In this document: piece by piece, positions 38,561-47,119 of the stretch
Position numbering within the stretch: position 1 is the first letter of the stretch
How the letters are laid out: every line of letters starts with the position of its first letter
Assembly (NCBI GenBank): GCA_963664705.1
Contig: OY761556.1
Coordinates: 1,632,001-1,696,000, forward strand
Origin: Acidobacteriota bacterium
GTDB lineage: Bacteria > Acidobacteriota > UBA6911
Direction: 5' to 3'
Length of the DNA: 64,000 nt
Position numbers and translations under genes: made by a program
The notes under the pieces: model-generated
Told to the model about the DNA's origin: nothing
What the model saw: the letters and a program-made list of their open reading frames with translations, nothing else
Database searches by the model: none

Positions 38561-40012
38561 TCACTGTTCTTTATGAACCATGAAATCAAACAAGGGCGGT
38601 TTCTCTTCCTTGAGCGCCAGTATAGTGTGGCACAGCCGACAATCGGCACGGACCGCCTTTCCCGCACCATTGATGTGATTGTTGCCATGACATCGCAGGC
38701 ATCCCGGATTGGCTGTAGTGTGTCCGATGTGATTGGGATAGGTTCCCCAGCTGATGTTCATTCGGGGCCAGACATTCCGGCTGTAGATTTCCTGGACTCG
38801 ATCTGCCGCCCGACTCAGCAGCGCACGATCGGGATTTTCTTCCGGATGGCCGAGGTACCAATCCAGCAGAGCTGCGCGCGCTGCCTTGTCTTGGATTGCC
38901 GCATCGTCAAACTTCCTCGCCAGCACCTCTCCAGAAGCCTTCCTCAAATACGGGACCCGCTGTAATGCGGGATCCTGATTGAACATGTCATCCAATTCGC
39001 CTTCGGCCGTACGGTAGATGTGGGTGGGTCGATTATGACAATCGACGCATTCCATTGTCCTTTTGGGAGCCGCCGCGATTTGTTCGTTTGAAAGCCGAAG
39101 CCCGGTAAAACGGTATTCTACCGGCGGGGAAGAGCCTTTCTCAAGCCTTACCCAAGGGATATCCCTGCGATCTCCTTTTTCCGATATGAAAGTCACGCGG
39201 TTCCCCTGGCTAACGTGCCAGTGAATTCCACCGGCCCTTCCTCCCTCGGCGCCCGGACCTCCCACTTTAAGCAGCAGGGCCGTGTATCGTTTTGTGTTAT
39301 TGCGATCAGTGTCGTAGTGGGCAATGATCTTGAGCTTATCCCCGGCAAACTTTTCCGGCCAGTGGCACTGTTCGCAGGTTTCCCGTGAAGGCCGCAGATG
39401 TTCAATCGGCGTCGGAATCGGCCGGCTATAGGTCCCGAAAGTCACGGCATAGACCTGGCGCAGTCCGGATATTTTGGAGCGCACGAACCAGGATGCACCG
39501 GGACCAATGTGGCAGTCGACGCAAACAACACGTGCGTGCGGTGACCGCGTATATAGAACATATTCCGGTTCCATTACTTTGTGGCAGAGCAGCCCGCAGA
39601 AGCTGGCAGAATCCATGTATTCAAAACCAGCGATGACAATAATCAATGTCAGTACGACGTTCGCAATACTGAAAAGGATAAATGCAATGATCCGGTTGCG
39701 AACATCCTCTTCACCGGAGAGACGTCGCAGGATCTCGGCAATGGATTTTTCCCGGAGGCTCGGGTCCTCAATGCACTGTTTTTTGAACGCGAGGTAAACA
39801 CCGATCGGAATGAGAGCCAGGCCACCAAAAAAGAAGGAGGGCACAAGTATCAGGAAGAGAATTCCGGCGTAGGCACTGTCCGTGCGCGCAAAAATGGTGG
39901 CACCGGTATAGATGACGGCTGATATGGTCCCGAAGGTGACCATATAGCCCCCCAATTTGGCAAGGGGATGGCAAGTAATGACCCCAACAAGCAGCCGGTA
40001 CAAACGCCACAT
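38561..40012 (-). CDS. ImcH-like NapC/NirT family inner-membrane quinol-oxidising cytochrome
   Basis: 3 N-terminal TM helices; FCGLLCH.VMEPEY, SPHARV.CVDCHIG, RPIPTP, CEQCHWPEKF, GIHWH, CVDCHNRPTH, WGTYPNHIGH, CLRCH, CRLCH. Confidence 0.88.
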   Translation of the reverse strand: MWRLYRLLVGVITCHPLAKLGGYMVTFGTISAVIYTGATIFARTDSAYAGILFLILVPSFFFGGLALIPIGVYLAFKKQCIEDPSLREKSIAEILRRLSGEEDVRNRIIAFILFSIANVVLTLIIVIAGFEYMDSASFCGLLCHKVMEPEYVLYTRSPHARVVCVDCHIGPGASWFVRSKISGLRQVYAVTFGTYSRPIPTPIEHLRPSRETCEQCHWPEKFAGDKLKIIAHYDTDRNNTKRYTALLLKVGGPGAEGGRAGGIHWHVSQGNRVTFISEKGDRRDIPWVRLEKGSSPPVEYRFTGLRLSNEQIAAAPKRTMECVDCHNRPTHIYRTAEGELDDMFNQDPALQRVPYLRKASGEVLARKFDDAAIQDKAARAALLDWYLGHPEENPDRALLSRAADRVQEIYSRNVWPRMNISWGTYPNHIGHTTANPGCLRCHGNNHINGAGKAVRADCRLCHTILALKEEKPPLFDFMVHKEQ

Positions 40013-40197
40013 GCGGTTCTCCTTTAGTAAATCAACTCATGCCTGCACGCCGCTTGAGTGTCGGCGTCACTCGATTCAAGGCCTCGCTGTCCGATCGGAG
40101 CGACGGAATGAATGCACTGCATTTCTTTTTTTTCTTAACGACCCGAAAAATCAAATATTCCAACCGGCATTGCGCGCCTGGGGAGACATAGCTCCCA

Positions 40198-42348
40198 TTA
40201 TTCGCGGGGCGCAACACTGGCAGGAGGGCGTTGAGAGCGCTGCCATTGTTTCCAACGCTCCCGGTCCGACCCAAAATCTTCCCGTGTGATCCGCTTCAGC
40301 GCCCACACAGCTTCAATGCGAACGGTCTCGCGTCTGTCTTCCAGGGCGGCGATGAGCAAGCCGACCGGACCCGGAGAAGCCATTTTCCCAAGAACCCGTA
40401 CGGCAGACAGCCGAACATCCTCGTCCGGGTCTTCCAAGGCTGCGCCAAGAACGGACACGATGCGCGCGTCGTCGATAGACCCCAAGGCACGAATGACCAT
40501 CTGGCGTATCAATGGATCTTTATCCTTGAGGGCAGCGGCAAGGGGTTCCACAAGTCTGGAATCCCTGAACTGAGTGGCTGCCTCGATTAAGCCGATCCGG
40601 ACGCGTGGCACCGGGTTCTTCAGCGCCGCCCCCAGTAGATTCACAGTCTGTGGATCCTTGCTGTTTTTCAGCGCCTGGAGCGCGCTGTTACGGGCCCGGG
40701 CATTGTCATCGTTCAGTGCGGCAATCAGCGAAGGCAGAACCTGCGGACCTCCGATTTGTCCCAAGGCAAGGATGACGGCTTCACGGACGTCGGGGTCCGG
40801 ATCCTTCTGAAGAGCGATTAGGGGTTCGATCGCACGAAGATCCTGAATCTGCCCCAGTGTTTGAATCACTACTCTGCGTGTGACGGGATTGTTTTCTTTC
40901 AAAATCAGGAGGAGCCGGTCCACCGCTCGCCGGTCTCGGACTTGGCCCAAAGACTGAATGATCCCGTCGCGTCGGCGCCCGGTACTATCCTTCAATGCGG
41001 CAAGCAGGAGGTCGATAATGCGGGGATCATCTAAAGTTCCCAACGCCACAATCGCACCGCTGCGTGTCTGCGGATTCTCGTCATCCAAAACGGTGATGAG
41101 CGCTTCCGCAAGTCGGCGGTCTTTGACGGGAGGCAATGCTTGCACAACCGACTTTTTGGGTCCGGCATCGCCATTTTTCAAAACAGCGACCAGGGACTCC
41201 ACGGCCGGTTCACCCATTCTCGCCAGGGTTTCAGCGGCCTCGGCGGCTGGTGAAACGGTTATGATCTGGCGCGGAATGCCACTATCCACATAAATCTGTT
41301 TGTCGATCCTTGGATCGTAAAGAGCTTCCAGGAGCGCTAATACCGCTCCCTGCGCGGATGATCCTGATTTCCTGAGCATAACAGCGGCGTCGGCTTTTGC
41401 ACTTGCGTCGCTGTTCCTGAGCTTTTTGATCTGCGCCCGCACCACTGCCGGTGCCGCGTTCTCCCATTCCGTCAAGTGTTTTTTCAGTTGTGGAGAGCTT
41501 CTGAATAAAGATTCATCTCCGAGGGGTTTGATTTCCCTGGAGTCCTTGACTTCAAGCATCCTGGCGCCCAGTTTTCGAGCATCCACATTCTGGTTTGCAG
41601 AATCGGAGCTGTGAGCGTCGCGAATGTGTGCCAGGGCGATGGTGGCATGGCTGCGGACCTGGCTGTTTTGATCTTTCAGCAGGCTGCCAAGCGGATCGAC
41701 AGCGCGCGGATCTTGAATATTTCCCAAAGCTTCGGCCGCATTGGAGCGGACATCGTCATTCGGGCTTTTTAATGCGGAGATAAGAGGGGCAACGGCTGCC
41801 GAGCCCAGTTTCGCCAATGCCGTAGCCGCAATTTTCTGAAGCAGCGGATTGGTGTCTTGCAATGCAGCCATGAGGGGATCGACGGCGCGCGGATCCTTGA
41901 ATTCGCCGAGGGCCTCCGCGGCTCCATAGCTGACAAGCGAATCTTTGATTCTGAGAGCGGCAATCAGCGAGTCTATGGCACGGGGATCCCGAATATCCTT
42001 CAGCGCTATTGCCGCGCGGAAGCTTACGGTGGGATCTTCATCCTTCACTGCCGTGATGAGGGAGTCGACGGCGCGCGGATCCTTGATCCGGCCAAGAACG
42101 ACTGCCGCCTCCCGGCGAGCATTCACATTCCGGCTCTTCAATGCACTAACCAAAGGATCGACCGCTGCGGAACCCGCTTTCAGCAGGGAATCGGCGGCCT
42201 CTGCGCGCACAGCTCGATCCTCGTCCTTTAACCCATCCAGCAGGGTGGTGATTGGAATGTCCTGACTGTGACCAATGCATAAGCATCCCTGTGCAAATGC
42301 ATACAGAAACAGCATGCCCAAAACCCGGATTTGAATTTGCGCTTTCAT
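40198..42348 (-). CDS. HEAT/PBS-lyase repeat protein with signal peptide
   Basis: Many AA.ALG.I.DPRAV.PL..AL.D repeats; hydrophobic N-terminus. Confidence 0.9.
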   Translation of the reverse strand: MKAQIQIRVLGMLFLYAFAQGCLCIGHSQDIPITTLLDGLKDEDRAVRAEAADSLLKAGSAAVDPLVSALKSRNVNARREAAVVLGRIKDPRAVDSLITAVKDEDPTVSFRAAIALKDIRDPRAIDSLIAALRIKDSLVSYGAAEALGEFKDPRAVDPLMAALQDTNPLLQKIAATALAKLGSAAVAPLISALKSPNDDVRSNAAEALGNIQDPRAVDPLGSLLKDQNSQVRSHATIALAHIRDAHSSDSANQNVDARKLGARMLEVKDSREIKPLGDESLFRSSPQLKKHLTEWENAAPAVVRAQIKKLRNSDASAKADAAVMLRKSGSSAQGAVLALLEALYDPRIDKQIYVDSGIPRQIITVSPAAEAAETLARMGEPAVESLVAVLKNGDAGPKKSVVQALPPVKDRRLAEALITVLDDENPQTRSGAIVALGTLDDPRIIDLLLAALKDSTGRRRDGIIQSLGQVRDRRAVDRLLLILKENNPVTRRVVIQTLGQIQDLRAIEPLIALQKDPDPDVREAVILALGQIGGPQVLPSLIAALNDDNARARNSALQALKNSKDPQTVNLLGAALKNPVPRVRIGLIEAATQFRDSRLVEPLAAALKDKDPLIRQMVIRALGSIDDARIVSVLGAALEDPDEDVRLSAVRVLGKMASPGPVGLLIAALEDRRETVRIEAVWALKRITREDFGSDRERWKQWQRSQRPPASVAPRE

Positions 42349-42629
42349 TTTTCTCTACAATACATGAACATAGCCCGCTCAGCCAGCGATTTGTGCAACA
42401 TTGTGGCACAATCCCCACAATCGGTCTCACATGTCCTGCCATGCATTTTATCAGACGACCGGAGAAATGGTATGGTTCCGATGTAGGGGCAGGAAAGCGA
42501 GATCAGCGGTTTGTCGCCCGGGAGTGCCGGAGGCCCGGCGGGGGCACCCAAACTCTCCTTCTCATAAAGAGCTTCTTCGTATATTGTTAAGAAAAATCGT
42601 GTGAGTCGCTCCGCAAAACAAAAAAGGTT

Positions 42630-43658
42630 ATGAGAGATCGGCTAACGGAAGACAATGAGAATCCCCCTCGGCGATTCTCTTACGGTTCAGGATGGGCTTT
42701 GAGCCTGAAGGTCTTGCTTGCCTTCGTCCTGGCTTGTGGCGTCATCGCCGGGTTTTATAACTTTATTAAGTCAACATATATCGACCGACGGATTTCACGG
42801 TTTGTTCCGCATACATGGGTAAATCTTGAAGAGCGGGATAAGGCTGCGCCGGAAGTGACCGATCCTGTGGAGAGCGCGGTATTCAGAGTTGCGATCGCTC
42901 CCATGGTTTCGCCTGAAAAGTCGCACGAAATGTACCAGGGCCTTATCGACTACGTTGCAGAGAAACTGGGGCGAAAGCCTGTGTCACTTTACAGGCCGAC
43001 ATATTCGGAAACCAACGACCTTGTCCGCTATCAAAGGTGCGATATTGCAGTTGTCTGTACCTATCCCTTTATCCGGGGTGAGCGCGAATTCGGGATGCAG
43101 GCGCTGGTGGTACCCCAAATAAAGGGGGAGACCACGTACCAGTCTTTTATCATTGTGCCTCAATCCAGCCCGGCCAGGTCGCTGTCGGATCTTCGGGGGA
43201 TGCGATTTGCCGCCGCGGACATCGTTTCGACAACAGGTTGGCTATTTCCCGCCATGAGCATCATGAGCGCGGGGGAAAATCCAAATCACTATTTCGGGAA
43301 TCTGGTGCTTACCGGCAGTCATGACAAGTCGATTCAAGCGGTCCTGGATGGATTTGTTGACGGCGCCGCCGTTCATGGAATCGTCTATGATCAAATGCTT
43401 GCCGATAATCCTTCAATTCCGAAGAAGATAAAGATAATCAGCAAATCCCCTCCTTTTGGCATCCCTCCGGTTGTGGCACACCCGGGGATGGATCCAAATC
43501 TCAAGAAGGCAGTCGTTTCGATACTTCTGGATATGCACAATAATGAGCGTGGCAGAAAGATATTGAATACGCTTCAGATAGAAAGATTCGTTGTCCCCGA
43601 AAGGGGGCTCTTTGGCGACCTCCGGCAGGCAATCGGAAAGCTGGAAGGATGGAAGTGA
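42630..43658 (+). CDS. PhnD-like (phosphate/phosphite/phosphonate-type) substrate-binding protein, membrane anchored
   Basis: TY.E..DL, YQS.IIV, S.TGWLFP, GSHDKSIQAV, VDGAAV, SPPFGIPP. Confidence 0.85.
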   Translation: MRDRLTEDNENPPRRFSYGSGWALSLKVLLAFVLACGVIAGFYNFIKSTYIDRRISRFVPHTWVNLEERDKAAPEVTDPVESAVFRVAIAPMVSPEKSHEMYQGLIDYVAEKLGRKPVSLYRPTYSETNDLVRYQRCDIAVVCTYPFIRGEREFGMQALVVPQIKGETTYQSFIIVPQSSPARSLSDLRGMRFAAADIVSTTGWLFPAMSIMSAGENPNHYFGNLVLTGSHDKSIQAVLDGFVDGAAVHGIVYDQMLADNPSIPKKIKIISKSPPFGIPPVVAHPGMDPNLKKAVVSILLDMHNNERGRKILNTLQIERFVVPERGLFGDLRQAIGKLEGWK

Positions 43659-45130
43659 TGCTGCGGAGGTTTTTAAAGGCATTCTCCTGGCGAGTTCTTT
43701 CGATTCCCATTTTCTATAAAATTGTGGGAATTGGTCTGCTGACGGCTGTTCTGTTCGGAGCGGTAACGCTTCTGCAAACGCGCGCTAGCACCTCCCAGAT
43801 TTTATATCAACTGCTCGAGCAAAGGGCCATTTCCATTGGCCGATCGCTTACCGATGCCATAGAGCGTCCAGCCAGTACCGGCGATTTTTTCGCGGTTAGG
43901 CAGCATTTGAACCAGGCAAAGAAAACCTCGCCTGAAATTCGATACATCATAGTTCGCGATCGGGATGGAAAGGTGGTCGCCTCCACCTTTGAAAAGAGCG
44001 TTCCCGCAGATCTCTCCAGGATAGGCAACAAGACCTGTCCTCCGGAGTGCACGGCGCAGACGCTTGCGAGCACGGAAGGGCTTATCATGGATGTCCGATT
44101 TCCGGTGGTTGGAGGCTATGCCGGAACCATCCAGTTGGGCGTACTCGACAGAATGATTAACCGTGAATTGGGCATCCTGACCAAGATGGTGGTCTGGGGC
44201 CTGATTCTATGCGCCGCCGTCGGCCTTTGCCTGGCTTTGTGGCTCACCGGAATCCTGACCCATCCTATTCGGCACCTTGTTGATTCGGCCAATCGAATCA
44301 GGGAAGGGGCATTTGAGACAAGGGCGCAAGTATATGCCAGTGACGAGATTGGCCACCTCGCCGTTGCTTTCAACCAGATGGCTGAAGCCCTGATGCTTTA
44401 CCGACAGGAGGTGGAAGCAAAAGAGAAGGCACGTCTTTCGCTGATTGAGAGAATCGTGCAGGTTCAAGAGGATGAGAGAAAGAGCATTTCCCGGGAGTTG
44501 CATGATCATTTGGGGCAATCGCTTCTCGCGCTGCTTCTCCAGGTGCAGGCCGGATGCCAGTGCCGTTCCGATGCATGCCAGCATGCCAATCAACCGGGTT
44601 CGCTATGCTGGAATGCCGAGAAGACGATACGGCAGATCATCGAAGATGTACACCGGTTGGCGTGGGGAATGCGCCCCTCGATCCTGGATGATTATGGACT
44701 TGATTCCGCGCTCGCCCGCCACATCGAGGAAGTCGGCAAAACCGCCGGGTTCGAGATCGATTATCAATGCACCTCTCCGGAGGGTTTGGACCGCCTGCCA
44801 AGCCGCATTGAGGTGCCGCTGTTCCGTATTGCGCAGGAAGCCATCACGAATATGATCCGGCATGCAAAAGCGGCTCATGCAAGCGTGATAGTCCTGCGGC
44901 AGCTCAACGACATTACCATGATTGTCGAAGATGACGGGCAGGGCTTTGATATGGCCGTGGTTAAGGAAAAAGGGGACGGATGCCTTGGGCTTGTGGGGAT
45001 GGAAGAACGGGTAAACCTGTTGGGCGGCAGTTTTGTTGTGGAGTCCATTCCCGGGGAAGGCACAACCATCCGGGTACGAATACCCTTAAGCGAGGAGCAC
45101 GATGCCCATAAGAGTCTTCATAGCCGATGA
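43658..45130 (+). CDS. HAMP + HisKA_3 sensor histidine kinase
   Basis: Two TM helices, DEIG.LA.AFNQM, QEDERK.ISRELHD..GQ, FRIAQEAITN..RHA, DDGQGF, GL.GMEER. Confidence 0.93.
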   Translation: MLRRFLKAFSWRVLSIPIFYKIVGIGLLTAVLFGAVTLLQTRASTSQILYQLLEQRAISIGRSLTDAIERPASTGDFFAVRQHLNQAKKTSPEIRYIIVRDRDGKVVASTFEKSVPADLSRIGNKTCPPECTAQTLASTEGLIMDVRFPVVGGYAGTIQLGVLDRMINRELGILTKMVVWGLILCAAVGLCLALWLTGILTHPIRHLVDSANRIREGAFETRAQVYASDEIGHLAVAFNQMAEALMLYRQEVEAKEKARLSLIERIVQVQEDERKSISRELHDHLGQSLLALLLQVQAGCQCRSDACQHANQPGSLCWNAEKTIRQIIEDVHRLAWGMRPSILDDYGLDSALARHIEEVGKTAGFEIDYQCTSPEGLDRLPSRIEVPLFRIAQEAITNMIRHAKAAHASVIVLRQLNDITMIVEDDGQGFDMAVVKEKGDGCLGLVGMEERVNLLGGSFVVESIPGEGTTIRVRIPLSEEHDAHKSLHSR

Positions 45131-45755
45131 TCATGCGGTATTCCGAAGCGGCCTGCGTGCCTTGCTGGAAAAGGAATCGGACATTGAAGTGGTCGGCGAA
45201 ACCGGGAACGGGTTTGATACGATCCGGGCCGTAGTCGAAGCGAATCTGGACGTCCTGCTTCTGGATGTAACGATGCCGGGCCTTCCCGGACCGAAGGTCG
45301 CCAAGGCCGTCCTGAAGGAAAAACCCCAGTTGGCCATCGTTGTCTTGACCATGCATGAAGATGAATATTATTTACAGGAGCTTTTCCGGCTCGGAGTGCG
45401 TGCCTATGTGCTGAAAAAATCAACGGGTACTGATGTGGTGCAGGCAATCCGGGCAGCGCGAAAAGGCGAACAGTACATCGATCCCGCACTTACCGGACTT
45501 GTTATATCCTCGTACGTTGGGAGGCAACCAAAGAAGCTGAAAACAGACCGCCTGGATCTTATGACGCCCCGGGAACTTGAAGTCATGACTCTTCTGGCCT
45601 ACGGGCACACGAATGCCGAAATTGCAGATAAATTGTGTATCTCCGAACGCACGGTGGAGAGCCATCGCAACAATATCATGTCAAAGCTGGAGTTTAAGAG
45701 CCGGGCCGAATTGGTCCGCTTTGCCATTGAAAACGATATGCTGAAGCTGAGCTGA
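45102..45755 (+). CDS. NarL/LuxR family response regulator
   Basis: ADDH, LLDVTMP, YVLK, TPRELEV...TNAEIA.KL.ISERTVESHR. Confidence 0.95.
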   Translation: MPIRVFIADDHAVFRSGLRALLEKESDIEVVGETGNGFDTIRAVVEANLDVLLLDVTMPGLPGPKVAKAVLKEKPQLAIVVLTMHEDEYYLQELFRLGVRAYVLKKSTGTDVVQAIRAARKGEQYIDPALTGLVISSYVGRQPKKLKTDRLDLMTPRELEVMTLLAYGHTNAEIADKLCISERTVESHRNNIMSKLEFKSRAELVRFAIENDMLKLS

Positions 45756-45771
45756 CTGGCTATGCCCGGGC

Positions 45772-45814
45772 TGTTGAATTCGTGGCGGGCTGAATCGCCG
45801 CCACGAATTCAACA
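45772..45814. terminator. Perfect 17-bp hairpin between convergent genes (family B variant)
   Basis: TGTTGAATTCGTGGCGG-N9-CCGCCACGAATTCAACA. Confidence 0.75.
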
Positions 45815-45820
45815 AAAGCA

Positions 45821-46912
45821 CTAAGGCTTCAGTTTTTTGATCGCCTTCGCCACCTTCTTCCAGCGCTCTTTTTCAACCCAGCTTGCGCTATGGGCGCTTT
45901 TCAGTTCGATATAGGATGCTTCCTTGCGAATCTTGAAGTAATTCGCCAGCCGATGTGCTTCAAGGTTTCCCTGCAGGATTGCCGCCTGGACCTGACAGCC
46001 AGGCTCATTCTCATGCCGGCAGTCCCGGAACCGGCAGCCTTCCGCAAGCGACGTGATATCTTCGAAGGCAGTATCAATCCCCGAATCCACCGATAAAACC
46101 TGCAGTTCGCGCATTCCCGGCGTATCCATGATCAGGCCGCCGGATGGAAGTAGAAAAAGCTGCCGGGCGGAAGTGGTGTGGACGCCGCGTCCAGTATGCG
46201 CGTCTGTCTCTTGAATTCGCTGGTCGGAACGTCCCAGCAGTTGGTTTACAATGGATGATTTGCCGACTCCGGAAGATCCCAGGAATGCAACAGTCTGGCC
46301 CGGGCCGAGATAATTCAGGATATCATCGATACCAAATCCGGCGGTTGCACTGACTGCCAGCACGGGTATCCCGGGAGCCAGGGATCTTACCTTTCTGATG
46401 CTGGCATGAACATCAAGGCATACATCAGCCTTATTCAGGACTATGACCGGGCTTGCGCCGCTTTCGCCGGCTATGACGAGATAACGTTCAATTCGACGTG
46501 GGTTGAAATCGGAGTCAAGTCCGCTTACCAGGCATACGGTGTCCACATTTGCCGCGATTACCTGTTGGTCCATCCCGGTTCCAGCCTGCTTTCTCGAAAA
46601 GGCAGTGAGTCGAGGCAGCAGATGCCGGATAATTGTTCGATCGCTGTTTTCAGGCCGATCGGCAAGCACCCAATCCCCACATGCGGGAAGATCGCCGGAA
46701 CTTTGGCCGGCATATCGCAGAGCTCCGCTGATTTCCGCCCACACCTCCCCGTCCTCAGACAGAAGTCGATACATTCCTCGGCCCTGGAAGGACACTCGTG
46801 CCGGAATAATAGTGTCATTTTGATGTCTGGTATGGTGATTCTCGAAAAAAGAGTTCCAACCAAAATCCTCTAGATTCAATGGAATATCCTCTATGAAACA
46901 GGCAGGCTGCAT
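45821..46912 (-). CDS. rsgA: Ribosome small subunit-dependent GTPase A
   Basis: NKAD, GSSGVGKS, G.HTT, DTPGMRE, CRFRDC.H..EPGC. Confidence 0.95.
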   Translation of the reverse strand: MQPACFIEDIPLNLEDFGWNSFFENHHTRHQNDTIIPARVSFQGRGMYRLLSEDGEVWAEISGALRYAGQSSGDLPACGDWVLADRPENSDRTIIRHLLPRLTAFSRKQAGTGMDQQVIAANVDTVCLVSGLDSDFNPRRIERYLVIAGESGASPVIVLNKADVCLDVHASIRKVRSLAPGIPVLAVSATAGFGIDDILNYLGPGQTVAFLGSSGVGKSSIVNQLLGRSDQRIQETDAHTGRGVHTTSARQLFLLPSGGLIMDTPGMRELQVLSVDSGIDTAFEDITSLAEGCRFRDCRHENEPGCQVQAAILQGNLEAHRLANYFKIRKEASYIELKSAHSASWVEKERWKKVAKAIKKLKP

Positions 46913-47119
46913 GAACCCAGGCTAATCCTGAGCAAAAAAGGCAGTGAATGAGAGAAGGCAGTCTGCGCTGATAGACGAGCGGGAGTGCACACAAATACCT
47001 GAAAAAGTTCCAGGTCATGCACTGGTTCAACGCACTGAATCTAGAAGACAATCATAAGCTAACCGCTGGCATGCTAGCACTATCCTGTTCCGTTCACAAG
47101 CGGGATTAGGCAGGATGTT

